Shown here: positions 46,633 to 56,867 of the stretch, one piece after another
How positions within the stretch are numbered: the first letter of the stretch is position 1
How the letters are laid out: each line of letters starts with the position of its first letter
Origin: Bacteroidota bacterium
GTDB lineage: Bacteria; Bacteroidota; Bacteroidia; Chitinophagales; JADIYW01
Assembly: GCA_963169645.1 (NCBI GenBank)
Contig: CAUJCO010000007.1
Coordinates: 13,803 to 77,802, forward strand
Reading direction: 5' to 3'
DNA length: 64,000 bases
Program-made: the position numbers and the translations under genes
The notes under the pieces: generated by a model
The model's input: the letters and a program-made list of their open reading frames with translations, nothing else
Database searches by the model: none
What the model was told of the DNA's origin: nothing

Positions 46633-48042
46633 TTAAGGAAAAACACCCATTTTTAAATAGGTGATTCCAATTTTTTCTAATGCATCCACATAAGCAGCCG
46701 TGCGTAAGCTGTTCATTTTTTTATGTTTCTTAAATATCTCGCGTACATTCTCGTATGAATTTACCATGGTATCTTCTAATCCGGAGCGAACAATATCCAA
46801 TTCATCGGCACCTCGTAAGGTTTCGCGTTCTTGTTTAGAAATTCTTCGCCCTGTATTGGTTTCAATTAAATCTATGATTTTATTGTATGAATCATCTTGA
46901 TGACGATGGTCTAAACGGCCAAAACTTACGTGAGATAAATTTTTTAGCCACTCAAAATAGGAAACGGTAACACCACCGGCATTTAGATACATATCCGGAA
47001 TAATCATAATTCCTTTTTTTAGTAATATTTCTTCTGCATTTGGCGTTATCGGACCATTTGCACCTTCTCCAATTATTTTTGCTTTTATTTTAGGTGCATT
47101 ATCTTTTGTAATTTGATTTTCTAATGCTGCCGGAATTAAAATATCGCAAGCATACTCCATCAACAAATTAGATTGTTTAATAAATTTTGCTTTCGGATAA
47201 TTTCGAATGGTATTGTTTTCTATTTGATATTTTTTCAGGTCTTCTACATCAATACCTTTATCGTTGTATAAGCCGCCTTCAAACTCAGCTATTCCTACTA
47301 TTTTGGCTCCATTTTCTTGCAACACACGAGCGGCATGATATCCAACATTTCCGAAACCTTGCACAATAACCGTTTTCCCTTCTATGCCGGGCTCCAACCC
47401 TATTTTTTTCATATCATCGCCAAAGGAACAAGCATATTTTAATCCGTAAAAAATACCGCGTCCGGTAGCTTCTGTTCTGCCATGCACACCACCTTGCCCA
47501 ATCGGTTTTCCGGTAACACAAGCATGTGCATTTATTTCTTGTTGATTGAATTGCATATAAGTATCTACAATCCAGCTCATTTCACGTTCGCCGGTACCAT
47601 AATCCGGAGCCGGTACATCTAACGAAGGACCGATAAATCCTTTTTTGATTAACTCAAACGTATATCGTCTGGTGATGCGTTCTAATTCATCAACCGTATA
47701 TTCTTTCGGATTTATTTTAATACCACCTTTAGCACCGCCAAAGGGAACATTCACCACAGCACATTTATAAGTCATTAATGCTGCTAATGCCATTACTTCA
47801 TCTTGGTCCACCATATCGCTGTATCGAATACCGCCTTTTGTGGGCATTCTGTGGTGCGAGTGTTGTACGCGATACGCTTCTATCACGCGAATTTCATCTT
47901 TAATTTTTACGGGAAAATTAATCCGATAAACAGCATTACATGCTTTAATTTGGTGTAATAAACCTTTAGAAAATTTAGTGTAAGCAGCTGCTTGATCTAC
48001 GTAGGTTTGAACGTTTTGGAAAAATTTAATTTGCTCACTCAT
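46633..48042 (-). CDS. Glu/Leu/Phe/Val dehydrogenase family (glutamate dehydrogenase)
   Basis: Motifs KGGIRY, VPFGGAKGGI and the Rossmann motif VQGFGNVGYH, 469 aa. Confidence 0.9.
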   Translation of the reverse strand: MSEQIKFFQNVQTYVDQAAAYTKFSKGLLHQIKACNAVYRINFPVKIKDEIRVIEAYRVQHSHHRMPTKGGIRYSDMVDQDEVMALAALMTYKCAVVNVPFGGAKGGIKINPKEYTVDELERITRRYTFELIKKGFIGPSLDVPAPDYGTGEREMSWIVDTYMQFNQQEINAHACVTGKPIGQGGVHGRTEATGRGIFYGLKYACSFGDDMKKIGLEPGIEGKTVIVQGFGNVGYHAARVLQENGAKIVGIAEFEGGLYNDKGIDVEDLKKYQIENNTIRNYPKAKFIKQSNLLMEYACDILIPAALENQITKDNAPKIKAKIIGEGANGPITPNAEEILLKKGIMIIPDMYLNAGGVTVSYFEWLKNLSHVSFGRLDHRHQDDSYNKIIDLIETNTGRRISKQERETLRGADELDIVRSGLEDTMVNSYENVREIFKKHKKMNSLRTAAYVDALEKIGITYLKMGVFP

Positions 48043-48126
48043 AACATACTTATTTTCGGTTAATGATGTGAGAAATGAGCAAAAAAGAAAGGAAAATTAA
48101 ATCATCTGTTTTCTCATCGCACACAT

Positions 48127-48333
48127 CTATAAATCTTGTTCGAGTTTCTTAATTTTTCTTTCTATATAGAAAAGAAAACCAAAAATGCCCAACAAAATAA
48201 TCGATGCTACGACAATCACTGTGTTTATTTTACCATCGTTGTTCAAGTTATCTGCAAACGATGTTTGTTGTGCACTTAACGTTTCAGAAACACTTGCGAA
48301 AAGTAAAATTAAAATTCCATTTTTCATATACAT
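48127..48333 (-). CDS. ccmD: CcmD family protein
   Basis: 68 aa with a single TM helix followed by YIERKIKKLEQ. It sits directly after ccmC in the order ccmB-ccmC-ccmD. Confidence 0.55.
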   Translation of the reverse strand: MYMKNGILILLFASVSETLSAQQTSFADNLNNDGKINTVIVVASIILLGIFGFLFYIERKIKKLEQDL

Positions 48334-48374
48334 TCCATTAAATAAATTTCTATAATACCAATTTCTGTGTAGAA

Positions 48375-49064
48375 TTAATGTCTTTCCATTAAATCCAAAC
48401 CATGTTTTTTTCTAAATATTTTTTCAATTCGAATGATTAAGGTAGCTATCCATACAGACAATAATATCCAACCAATTACAGCAGGATAAAATACCATTCT
48501 CAACGAGCTATCTAAATCATACGAGTTAAATCCGGGATTACCACCATTTCCTGGATGCAAAGAAGAATTGCTAATACGCGGAATGACATTAATTAAAACC
48601 ATAAACATGGCAAATGCAAATACAGAATAAACTGCCGCAAAACGAGCTTTTTTCTCTTCATCATCAAACGAACCACGTAAAATAAAATATGCTGCATACA
48701 CTAATAATGCCGCTGCGGCACCATTTAATTTTACTTCGGCAAAAACCCACCACGCACCCCAAGTTGCTCTTGCCCAAACAGAACCGGTTAAAATACCTAA
48801 CATGCCAAATACAAAGCCTACTTTGGCAAATGCGTTGGCTTTAATATCATAATCTATTTTTGATATACTTAAATACAAAATACTAAACACCATGGAAGTA
48901 CACATCATGGCCATCATGGAAAACCACATTGGAACATGGAAATATAAATTACGGATTGATTGTTCTAAAATATCTAATTTAGGAACATTGCCTTTGAAAC
49001 CCATAAAAACGGTATATAACAACAATACAATGCAAAGATATTTCCACCAATTTTTCATACTCAT
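48375..49064 (-). CDS. ccmC: heme exporter protein CcmC / CcsA-family cytochrome c assembly protein
   Basis: Six TM helices, the Trp-rich motif ATWGAWWVF, and conserved His contexts LYFHVPMWF and SSLHPG. Confidence 0.75.
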   Translation of the reverse strand: MSMKNWWKYLCIVLLLYTVFMGFKGNVPKLDILEQSIRNLYFHVPMWFSMMAMMCTSMVFSILYLSISKIDYDIKANAFAKVGFVFGMLGILTGSVWARATWGAWWVFAEVKLNGAAAALLVYAAYFILRGSFDDEEKKARFAAVYSVFAFAMFMVLINVIPRISNSSLHPGNGGNPGFNSYDLDSSLRMVFYPAVIGWILLSVWIATLIIRIEKIFRKKHGLDLMERH

Positions 49065-49114
49065 CTAACAAAAAGAATTAATAATAAAGATGTAGGCAAA
49101 TTTCGTCAACAAAA

Positions 49115-49768
49115 TTAATCTTTCCAAATATACGGAAACAATACGACTGATAGAATGATAGTTATCATATCCAACAATGCAATTGCTCCTAAATGCATAT
49201 AAATATCTTTTTGTTGAATTGCAAAATTTGAAAGTTCACTCATTTTAACGATGAGCAATAACAACGGTAAAATAATTGGAAAGCCCAAAATAGCTAACAA
49301 AACAAAGTTTTGAGTACGTGCCGTAATGGAAGACAACAGCGTAAATAAATTAGAAAAACCAATAGAACCTAATATAATGGTACACATAAACCAACCCGCA
49401 TTTTCTACACGCTCATTAAAAAATAAAAATAAAAATGCATAAATCACTAAAACCAAAACGGTTATTAATACGGCATTGTACATAACTTTTGATAAAATAA
49501 TTTCAGTGGGTGTTGCAATGGTTCGTAAATAATAAAATTGCTCATTGGCATCTTTCGTAAATGATTTAGAAACAGCATTTACGGTAGTAAACAACGCTAT
49601 TATCCAAAAAAGTGCTATCCAAACCGGGATAGTAATATGTCCTTGAAATACTAAATAAATTAAAAACGTGGTGCCAATTACATAAATAAAAATGGTGCCC
49701 AATGCCGTTTTTTGTCGCCATTCCAGCTCCATTTCTTTCTTAATAAGTTGTAAAATATTTTTTAGCAC
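49115..49768 (-). CDS. ccmB: heme exporter protein CcmB
   Basis: Six TM helices. ALFTTVNAVSKSFTKDANEQFYYLRTIATPTEIILSKVMYN aligns by eye with the E. coli CcmB core (...LAKVMAH...). The start is GTG at 49768, supported by a -7 box at the modal 17-nt spacing. Confidence 0.75.
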   Translation of the reverse strand: MLKNILQLIKKEMELEWRQKTALGTIFIYVIGTTFLIYLVFQGHITIPVWIALFWIIALFTTVNAVSKSFTKDANEQFYYLRTIATPTEIILSKVMYNAVLITVLVLVIYAFLFLFFNERVENAGWFMCTIILGSIGFSNLFTLLSSITARTQNFVLLAILGFPIILPLLLLIVKMSELSNFAIQQKDIYMHLGAIALLDMITIILSVVLFPYIWKD

Positions 49769-49784
49769 GAAAATTGTATTACTA

Positions 49785-49792
49785 CAAAAATA
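49785..49792 (-). promoter_or_regulatory. Bacteroidota -7 promoter box (TATTTTTG on minus strand)
   Basis: Exact TAnnTTTG, with its G exactly 17 nt upstream of the GTG start of ccmB (49768). Confidence 0.5.
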
Positions 49793-49859
49793 CGTTATTT
49801 TGCTAAAGATATTTGCTACTATCTAAGTGATATTTGTATTATTATAATTAAAACGCATC

Positions 49860-50444
49860 ATGAGATTTTATTTAACCATTCTACTTTTATTTTTAGCAAG
49901 TTATTCAACTTTTGCATCTTTAAAAAAGAAAAAAAAGAAAGAAGCAATTGTAACTATTCCATCAAAATTATATAAACAAGATTCAGTTCTCAGAAAAGTA
50001 ATCCCATTTGATTTAGCGGATAAAATAAGTGTCAAAAAAAATAAAGCGGTGGATGGCATTCTTTGGTTTGCTAAAAAACAATTGGGAACACCCTATAAAT
50101 ATGCATCAGCCGACCCAAAAAATGGCGGATTGGATTGCTCTGGATTCTTATATTACGTTTTCGGGCATTTTGATATTAAAGTACCACGCTCTTCAAAAGA
50201 TTATATGAATTATGGAAAACCTATAACACAAAACAATATTCAAAAAGGTGATGTTTTGGTATTTACCGGTTCAGATGCATCTAAAAAAATTGGAGGTCAT
50301 GTAGGCATTGTATTGGAAAACGAAAATGGCAATATTTCCTTTATACATGGAGCGTCCGGTAAAGGAAAAGGCGTAACAATTTCTAATTTATCGGAATCTT
50401 ACTATCAACAACGTTTCTTAAAAGCAGTACGAATCATAAAATAA
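49860..50444 (+). CDS. C40 (NlpC/P60) family peptidoglycan peptidase
   Basis: Signal peptide, catalytic Cys in GGLDCSGFLYYVF and His in GGHVGIV. Confidence 0.85.
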   Translation: MRFYLTILLLFLASYSTFASLKKKKKKEAIVTIPSKLYKQDSVLRKVIPFDLADKISVKKNKAVDGILWFAKKQLGTPYKYASADPKNGGLDCSGFLYYVFGHFDIKVPRSSKDYMNYGKPITQNNIQKGDVLVFTGSDASKKIGGHVGIVLENENGNISFIHGASGKGKGVTISNLSESYYQQRFLKAVRIIK

Positions 50445-50534
50445 TTTTATTCATTCCTTAAACTGCTATATTACGTATGCATATTAGTGTATCATATTAA
50501 AATTGTATTTTTACACACTTATAAATAAAACTAC

Positions 50535-52007
50535 ATGAAAAAAATATTGGTTGCGAATCGAGGAGAAATAGCATTGCGCGTGATGCGAACGTGTAAGCAA
50601 ATGGGCATTTCAACTGTTGCTATTTACTCGGAAGCAGATAGAAATTCGCCACATGTTCGTTTTGCTGATGAAGCTGTTTGTGTAGGACCGGCACCATCCA
50701 AAGAATCGTATTTAAAAATTGATACCATAATTGATATTTGTAAAAATTTACAAGTTGATGGTGTTCATCCGGGTTATGGTTTCTTGAGTGAAAATGCAGC
50801 GTTTGCCAAAGCTTGTCAAGAAAACGGAATCATTTTCATCGGACCAAGTGTAGAAGCAATTGAAGTGATGGGCAGCAAATTAGCAGCCAAACAAGCAGTT
50901 TCCAAGTTTGATGTTCCATTAGTTCCAGGAACCGACCAACCAATTTCAGATGTTGGTGAAGCAAAAAAATTAGCCGAAAAAATCGGATTTCCTATCTTAA
51001 TAAAAGCAAGTGCAGGCGGTGGTGGAAAAGGAATGCGTATTGTAAATAATACGGAAGAGTTTGAAGAACAAATGAAACTTGCCGTTTCGGAAGCTACGTC
51101 AGCCTTTGGAGATGGAAGTGTTTTTATAGAAAAATTTGTTACCTCACCACGACATATCGAAATACAAGTATTAGGCGACAGCCACGGAAACATTGTATAT
51201 TTATTTGAACGCGATTGCTCCGTACAACGCAGACATCAAAAAGTAGTAGAAGAAGCTCCAAGTGCCGTATTAACTCCGGAATTAAGAAAACAAATGGGTG
51301 AAGCTGCGGTGCAAGTGGCTAAATCAGTGAACTATCTTGGTGCAGGAACCGTAGAATTTATAGTAAACGCCAATTTAGATTTTTATTTCTTGGAGATGAA
51401 TACACGTTTGCAAGTGGAACATCCGGTTACAGAAATGGTAACAGGCATCGACTTGGTGCAAGAGCAAATAAAAATTGCTCGCGGTGAAAAAATTTCCTTT
51501 AGTCAAGATGATTTGAAATTAAACGGGCACGCTATTGAACTGCGTGTATATGCAGAAGATCCGGAAAATAATTTCTTACCGGACATTGGGAAATTGGAAA
51601 TCTATATTACACCAAAAGGTGATGGTATTCGCGTGGATGATGGTTTTGATGAAGGTATGGATATTCCGATTTATTACGACCCAATGATTGCCAAATTAAT
51701 AGCACACGGAAACAACCGTCAAGATGCTATCCAAAAATTACTAAAAGCAATTCAAGATTATAAAATAGAAGGTGTGAAAACCACCTTGCCATTCGGCATG
51801 TTTGTGCTTAATCATGCGGCCTTTACCACCGGAAATTTTGATACTAAATTTGTTGAAAATTATTTCCATCCGGAAAAAATAAACCAAGATGAACTCACAT
51901 TAGCGAGTGTGCTTGTTGCCCAATTAATGCATGAAAGTAAATCTTCTTTTCAAGTAGATGAAGTAGGAAATTTAGCACAAACATCCAAATGGAATTCCAG
52001 AAAATAA
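50535..52007 (+). CDS. accC: biotin carboxylase (acetyl/acyl-CoA carboxylase subunit)
   Basis: ATP-grasp motifs GGGGKGMRIV and EMNTRLQVEHPVTE, 490 aa, with no fused BCCP or carboxyltransferase domain. Confidence 0.93.
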   Translation: MKKILVANRGEIALRVMRTCKQMGISTVAIYSEADRNSPHVRFADEAVCVGPAPSKESYLKIDTIIDICKNLQVDGVHPGYGFLSENAAFAKACQENGIIFIGPSVEAIEVMGSKLAAKQAVSKFDVPLVPGTDQPISDVGEAKKLAEKIGFPILIKASAGGGGKGMRIVNNTEEFEEQMKLAVSEATSAFGDGSVFIEKFVTSPRHIEIQVLGDSHGNIVYLFERDCSVQRRHQKVVEEAPSAVLTPELRKQMGEAAVQVAKSVNYLGAGTVEFIVNANLDFYFLEMNTRLQVEHPVTEMVTGIDLVQEQIKIARGEKISFSQDDLKLNGHAIELRVYAEDPENNFLPDIGKLEIYITPKGDGIRVDDGFDEGMDIPIYYDPMIAKLIAHGNNRQDAIQKLLKAIQDYKIEGVKTTLPFGMFVLNHAAFTTGNFDTKFVENYFHPEKINQDELTLASVLVAQLMHESKSSFQVDEVGNLAQTSKWNSRK

Positions 52008-52044
52008 CAAACTGATTGCTTTCCATTTTTTTCAAGTAAATTAG

Positions 52045-52641
52045 ATGAAAAACCTACAATATCCATTACATTTTACATTTAGAATCAGCACATTTTCCAA
52101 TGATTTTATTGCAAGAGATGCAAATGGAATTATTGTTGCTTATGTAAAACAAAAGATGTTTAAATTTATTGAAGACATTAATGTTTACAATGATGACATT
52201 GCAAAAAATGTAGCATACAATATAAAAGCAGATCGTTGGTTAGATTTTTCAGCAGCTTATAACTTCACGAATCATTTGGGAATGTATATCGGAAAAGTTG
52301 CCCGCAAAGGTTGGGCTTCTCTATGGAAAGCACGTTATGAAATTTATGATGAAAAAAACCAACCGGATTTACATATACAAGAAGAAAATGGATGGATCAA
52401 AGTATTGGATGCTTTATTGTGTGAAATTCCATTATTAGGTATTATTTCTGGCTATTTTTTTCATCCATCTTATTTGGTTACTCGTCCGGACGGAACGGCT
52501 GTAGCACGACTTCAAAAAGAAGCTTCATTTTGGGGTAGAAAATTTTCTGTAAATACCTTAAATAAATTTGAAGACGGCGAAGAAGAACGATTAATTCTTG
52601 GATTAATGATGATGATTTTATTAGAAAGACGAAGAGGTTAG
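52045..52641 (+). CDS. hypothetical protein, possibly LURP-one/scramblase (Tubby C-terminal-like) family
   Basis: 198 aa. The N-terminal pattern YPLHFTFRISTFSNDFIARDANG..VAYVKQKMFKF resembles the LURP-one-related family. This is a weak call made from memory. Confidence 0.35.
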   Translation: MKNLQYPLHFTFRISTFSNDFIARDANGIIVAYVKQKMFKFIEDINVYNDDIAKNVAYNIKADRWLDFSAAYNFTNHLGMYIGKVARKGWASLWKARYEIYDEKNQPDLHIQEENGWIKVLDALLCEIPLLGIISGYFFHPSYLVTRPDGTAVARLQKEASFWGRKFSVNTLNKFEDGEEERLILGLMMMILLERRRG

Positions 52642-53604
52642 TTACAAGATATCCAACACTTTTTGCATATCTAAATCCAGCATACATTTAAAATGTCCTT
52701 TGGGGCAACTTTCTAATCCATGTTTATGACAAGGACGGCAATTAAGCGATGTATTTTCTATCATCGTCCAATTGGAATTCGACATATACGGCGTAAAACC
52801 TAATCGCTTTTCTGTACCGCCAAAAATAGCAATTGTTCTTTTGTTAAACGCTGCTGCAATGTGCATCATTCCGGTATCCGGTGTTATCACAAACTTTGCT
52901 TTTCGCAATATAGAAGCAGATTGATTGATAGAAAAATTCCCACATGCATTAAATATTTTAAACGAATCTATCGTAGATAATTGTACACCTTTATAAGCAT
53001 CTTCCAAACCACCTAATAATATAATTGGCATCGAAATTTGTCGACATAATATTTCTAATTTTTCCATTGGAATTTGTTTGGTATAATGCTTCGCTCCTAT
53101 CACTATCACACAAAAACCGGCGATGTGCGTAAAGGGCAATTTTTCAATACCAACATCCTCTTTTTCCGGAATAAAATAATCCAATCCTTTACCATCGTTT
53201 ATCACATTTATTTTTTTTACGGCGGAAAAATATCGATCAACAACATGATTTTTTAAAATATCTATTTTAAATTGGATATATAAGAAACGAGCCAATCGTT
53301 GTTTGTTGTATCGATATGTTTTTGTATTTAAAAAAGTACAAAGTTGACGAGAGCGAATATTATCGTGCAAATCAATAACCGCATCATATTGTTCCTTTTG
53401 CAACGCTGATTTTACTTCAGCAACTTCCTTTTCTATTGCATATACTTTCGCTACATTGGGATTGTATGTAACAATTTCTTGAAAAGATTTTTTAGTAATA
53501 AAATGAATTTCTGCATTGGGAATTTGTTGTTTCAAACAACGAATAATCGGGCTTGTCAGCACGATATCACCTATAGAAGAAAAGCGAATTATGAGTAGTT
53601 TCAA
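52642..53604 (-). CDS. glycosyltransferase family 9 (heptosyltransferase-like)
   Basis: N-terminus (TTG)KLLIIRFSSIGDIVLTSP and ITPDTGMMHIAAAF. The start codon is TTG at 53604, with TAA four codons upstream and no in-frame ATG near the N-terminus. Confidence 0.8.
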   Translation of the reverse strand: MKLLIIRFSSIGDIVLTSPIIRCLKQQIPNAEIHFITKKSFQEIVTYNPNVAKVYAIEKEVAEVKSALQKEQYDAVIDLHDNIRSRQLCTFLNTKTYRYNKQRLARFLYIQFKIDILKNHVVDRYFSAVKKINVINDGKGLDYFIPEKEDVGIEKLPFTHIAGFCVIVIGAKHYTKQIPMEKLEILCRQISMPIILLGGLEDAYKGVQLSTIDSFKIFNACGNFSINQSASILRKAKFVITPDTGMMHIAAAFNKRTIAIFGGTEKRLGFTPYMSNSNWTMIENTSLNCRPCHKHGLESCPKGHFKCMLDLDMQKVLDIL

Positions 53605-53631
53605 AATGAAATATTAAAAGAAAAATGAAAT

Positions 53632-54153
53632 TTATTCAGTCAAATCCAAGAAATTATTTTTCTCGTGCACATATTCATCGATTCCAAATTGAACGCCATT
53701 TTTCACATATTCAAACGGTAGCGTTTTTACAATTTTCCCGGGAACACCGAGCACCATACTTCCATCCGGAACTACCATATTTTCAGTAACTAAAGCATTG
53801 GCGCCAATTACACAACCATTTCCAATTTTAGCTCCATTTAAAATGGTAGCACGCATACCAATTAAATTGAAATTACCAATGGTTGCACCGTGCACTATAG
53901 CTCCATGACCAATTATATTATCTTCACCGATGATTGTTGGTTTATTTATATCAACATGCACTATAACACCTTCTTGTAAGTTGGTGCGTTTGCCCACCAC
54001 AATCTTGTCGAGGTCAGCACGTAAAGTAGCACCAAACCAAATAGAAACATCGTCGTGTAATTCAACTTTACCCAACACACGTGCCGTATCCGCAATAAAC
54101 ACATTTTGGTGTTTAATCACTTCTTTTTCTAATTTTTGTTGATATTTACTCAT
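53632..54153 (-). CDS. gamma carbonic anhydrase / hexapeptide-repeat family protein
   Basis: 173 aa with left-handed beta-helix hexapeptide repeats (IGDNVxI-type throughout), YrdA/PaaY-like. Confidence 0.8.
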   Translation of the reverse strand: MSKYQQKLEKEVIKHQNVFIADTARVLGKVELHDDVSIWFGATLRADLDKIVVGKRTNLQEGVIVHVDINKPTIIGEDNIIGHGAIVHGATIGNFNLIGMRATILNGAKIGNGCVIGANALVTENMVVPDGSMVLGVPGKIVKTLPFEYVKNGVQFGIDEYVHEKNNFLDLTE

Positions 54154-54195
54154 GCAATAAATATAAAAAATAAATCTTGATTTGTATTTTTAAGC

Positions 54196-55026
54196 ATGAG
54201 AAATATAATTTTACTAAGTAGCTTAATTTTAAGCATTTTCAACATCAAAGCCCAAGAAACACCGGAAGCAGTAGCCACCACCACAACCAATGAAGTTTTC
54301 CATTTTGCAAGTACACGCCCAGCATTTTCAGAAGGTGCTTTGTTAGTTCCTGCCGGAAAAGCACAAATTGAAATTGGTGCCGATTACAGATATTTCAAAG
54401 GCAATGCACACGAGATTACACATCCTACTTTTCATTTAAAATATGGCATCAGTAAATATTTTGAATTTAGAATTAATGGCGATGCAACAACGTACACTTC
54501 AGCGGCTGGTACACAAACCGGATTACATCCCTTATTTATTGGAATGAAATTAAAAATGATTGATGCCAAACGCTATGCACCAGCCTCTTCATTTATTGGC
54601 GGTTTGAGTGTAAACTACGTATCTACTAAAAATTTTAGAACAAAATTTGTTGCTCCGTATTTCAAAATTACATTGGAACAATTTTTACCAAAAAATGTAG
54701 GATTGGTATATAACTATGGTTTGATTTGGAATGGTGAAGATGCTAAACCAACTTATCAAGTAGCATTGGCAACATCTTATACTACATTATTTAAGTCAAC
54801 ACCGGAGAAACAAAAACAGCTTAAATATTTCTTTGAATTATATGCTTTATATCCACATGGAGAAAAATTTGATTTAAGAATTAACAATGGACTTGCATTC
54901 TTATTCAATCGTTTTATACAATTTGATTTTTCAATTGGTGCCGGTGTATTAAAAAATTCACCTCGTGTAGTAAGTAGTTTAGGACTAACTGTTCGCTTTC
55001 CCAAAAAAGACAAGAAAAAAGAGTAA
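54196..55026 (+). CDS. outer-membrane beta-barrel protein (MetA-pathway/phenol-degradation-like transporter family, tentative)
   Basis: Signal peptide, alternating amphipathic strand pattern, and an N-terminal TRPAFSEGALLVPAGKAQIEIG segment typical of that family (from memory). Confidence 0.45.
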   Translation: MRNIILLSSLILSIFNIKAQETPEAVATTTTNEVFHFASTRPAFSEGALLVPAGKAQIEIGADYRYFKGNAHEITHPTFHLKYGISKYFEFRINGDATTYTSAAGTQTGLHPLFIGMKLKMIDAKRYAPASSFIGGLSVNYVSTKNFRTKFVAPYFKITLEQFLPKNVGLVYNYGLIWNGEDAKPTYQVALATSYTTLFKSTPEKQKQLKYFFELYALYPHGEKFDLRINNGLAFLFNRFIQFDFSIGAGVLKNSPRVVSSLGLTVRFPKKDKKKE

Positions 55027-55053
55027 CTTGTATTAGTAGGTTACACTAATAAA

Positions 55054-55061
55054 TAATTTTG
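55054..55061 (+). promoter_or_regulatory. Bacteroidota -7 promoter box (TAATTTTG)
   Basis: Exact TAnnTTTG, 63 nt upstream of the ATG at 55124. Confidence 0.3.
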
Positions 55062-55123
55062 AGTAGTGTTACGTTATCATATACGATAATAGAAATGGAT
55101 TATTGATTTATAAACTCAATAGC

Positions 55124-56863
55124 ATGATAAAGATAAATTGGATTATAGGTATGATGTTGTGTCTATATTTTACAGCATGTACAGAACAAAAAAACGATAC
55201 CGAATTTCAACAATTAGCGGATGCTTATTTAGAAGATTATCTTCAATTTAGGCCTCAATATGGCGTGTATTTGGGTTTGCATCAATATGATGGAAAGATT
55301 GTAGATTACAGTAAAGCAACAATAGAAGCAGAACTCAATCAACTTAAAGAATATGATAAAAAATTTGCTGCAATAGATGCCAAAAAGTTGAGTAAAACTG
55401 CTTATTACGATTGGAAGATGCTGGTTTCTTCTATCAAAAATGAGATTTTTCAAATAGAAGATATTGGTGTTTATACTAAAAATCCGATGACCTATTCCAA
55501 TATTTTCGATTTGAATATTTATGTTAAAAGAAATTTTGCTCCTTTAGAACAACAAGTAAAATCAATCATCTCTATTGAAGAAAAATTACCGGAAATTTAT
55601 AAAAATGCACAACTAAATTTACAAGATTCATTGGCATTACCACATATTCAATTAGCCATAGATATTGCAAAAGGAAATGCATCATTTTTAGAAAATGATT
55701 TAGTAGTTGCATTAAAAGAACTCAAAGACACTGCATTATTTAACCAGTTTGAAAGAACAAACAAAAATGCCATCCAAGCATTAAATAATTATGCTACTTT
55801 TTTAGAAAAAGAAAAATTACCCAAAGCCAATAATAAATATGCTATTGGTGCAGCAAATTATCAAAAGATGTTGTTGTATGGTGAAGAAATCAACTTATCT
55901 GCCGATGAAATATTAGCCATTGGATTACGTGAATTACAAAAAGAACAAGCTGCATTTGACGCAGCTGCAAAAATTATAGATGCTACTAAAAATCCGGTTG
56001 ATGTTTATAACGAAGTGCAAAAAGAACACCCGACAGCAGCTAATTTAATTCCGGATGCTAAGAAAAATTTAGAAGCTATTCGACAATATGTTATCGATAG
56101 AAAATTAGTAACCATTCCATCAGAAGTACGCGTAAAAGTGGAAGAAACACCCATGTATGCGCGTGCCACCACCACCGCATCTATGGATACACCGGGACCG
56201 TTTGAAGAAAAAGCAACAGAGGCCTATTACTATATCACACCGGTTGATTTAAAATGGAATGCCCAACAACAAGAAGAATGGTTGGCATCTTTTAATTATT
56301 ATACTACGGATGTGGTTTCTATTCACGAAGCTTATCCAGGACACTACACACAATTTTTACATTTGAACGCTTCTAAAGCATCTAAAGTACAAAAGATTTT
56401 AGGTAGTTACGCATTCATAGAAGGTTGGGCTCATTATACGGAAAAAATGGTGATTGACGATGGTTTTAGCAATGGCGGCGATGCCTTACAAGCTGCCAAA
56501 TATCGCATTGCACAATCCGGTGATGCCTTGTTGCGTTTATGTCGTTTATGTGTTTCTATAAAAATGCATTGTCATGGTATGCAAGTAGATGAAGCAACAA
56601 AATTCTTCATGGATAATTGGCATCAAGGTGAAGTGCCATCCAAACAAGAAGCATTGCGTGGCACTTTTGATCCCGGATATTTATATTACACATTGGGAAA
56701 ATTGCAAATCTTGAAATTGAAAGCAGATTATCAAAAACAAGAAGGCAAAAATTTCAATGTTCAAAAATTCCACGATGCTGTATTGGATAATGGCATGCCA
56801 CCAATCCGATTACTGAGAGAAATGCTATTGAAAGATGAAAAAAGTTGGAATGAGATTTTATAG
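55124..56863 (+). CDS. DUF885 family lipoprotein (putative metallopeptidase fold)
   Basis: The ATG at 55124 gives MIKINWIIGMMLCLYFTAC (lipobox). The HEAYPGHYTQF motif is present. The ORF-track start 55103 is TTG. Confidence 0.75.
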   Translation: MIKINWIIGMMLCLYFTACTEQKNDTEFQQLADAYLEDYLQFRPQYGVYLGLHQYDGKIVDYSKATIEAELNQLKEYDKKFAAIDAKKLSKTAYYDWKMLVSSIKNEIFQIEDIGVYTKNPMTYSNIFDLNIYVKRNFAPLEQQVKSIISIEEKLPEIYKNAQLNLQDSLALPHIQLAIDIAKGNASFLENDLVVALKELKDTALFNQFERTNKNAIQALNNYATFLEKEKLPKANNKYAIGAANYQKMLLYGEEINLSADEILAIGLRELQKEQAAFDAAAKIIDATKNPVDVYNEVQKEHPTAANLIPDAKKNLEAIRQYVIDRKLVTIPSEVRVKVEETPMYARATTTASMDTPGPFEEKATEAYYYITPVDLKWNAQQQEEWLASFNYYTTDVVSIHEAYPGHYTQFLHLNASKASKVQKILGSYAFIEGWAHYTEKMVIDDGFSNGGDALQAAKYRIAQSGDALLRLCRLCVSIKMHCHGMQVDEATKFFMDNWHQGEVPSKQEALRGTFDPGYLYYTLGKLQILKLKADYQKQEGKNFNVQKFHDAVLDNGMPPIRLLREMLLKDEKSWNEIL

Positions 56864-56867
56864 TGCA

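Noticed and set aside
50816-51193. 125-aa minus-strand ORF
   Set aside because: It is antisense to the ATP-grasp core of accC, so it is a shadow ORF.
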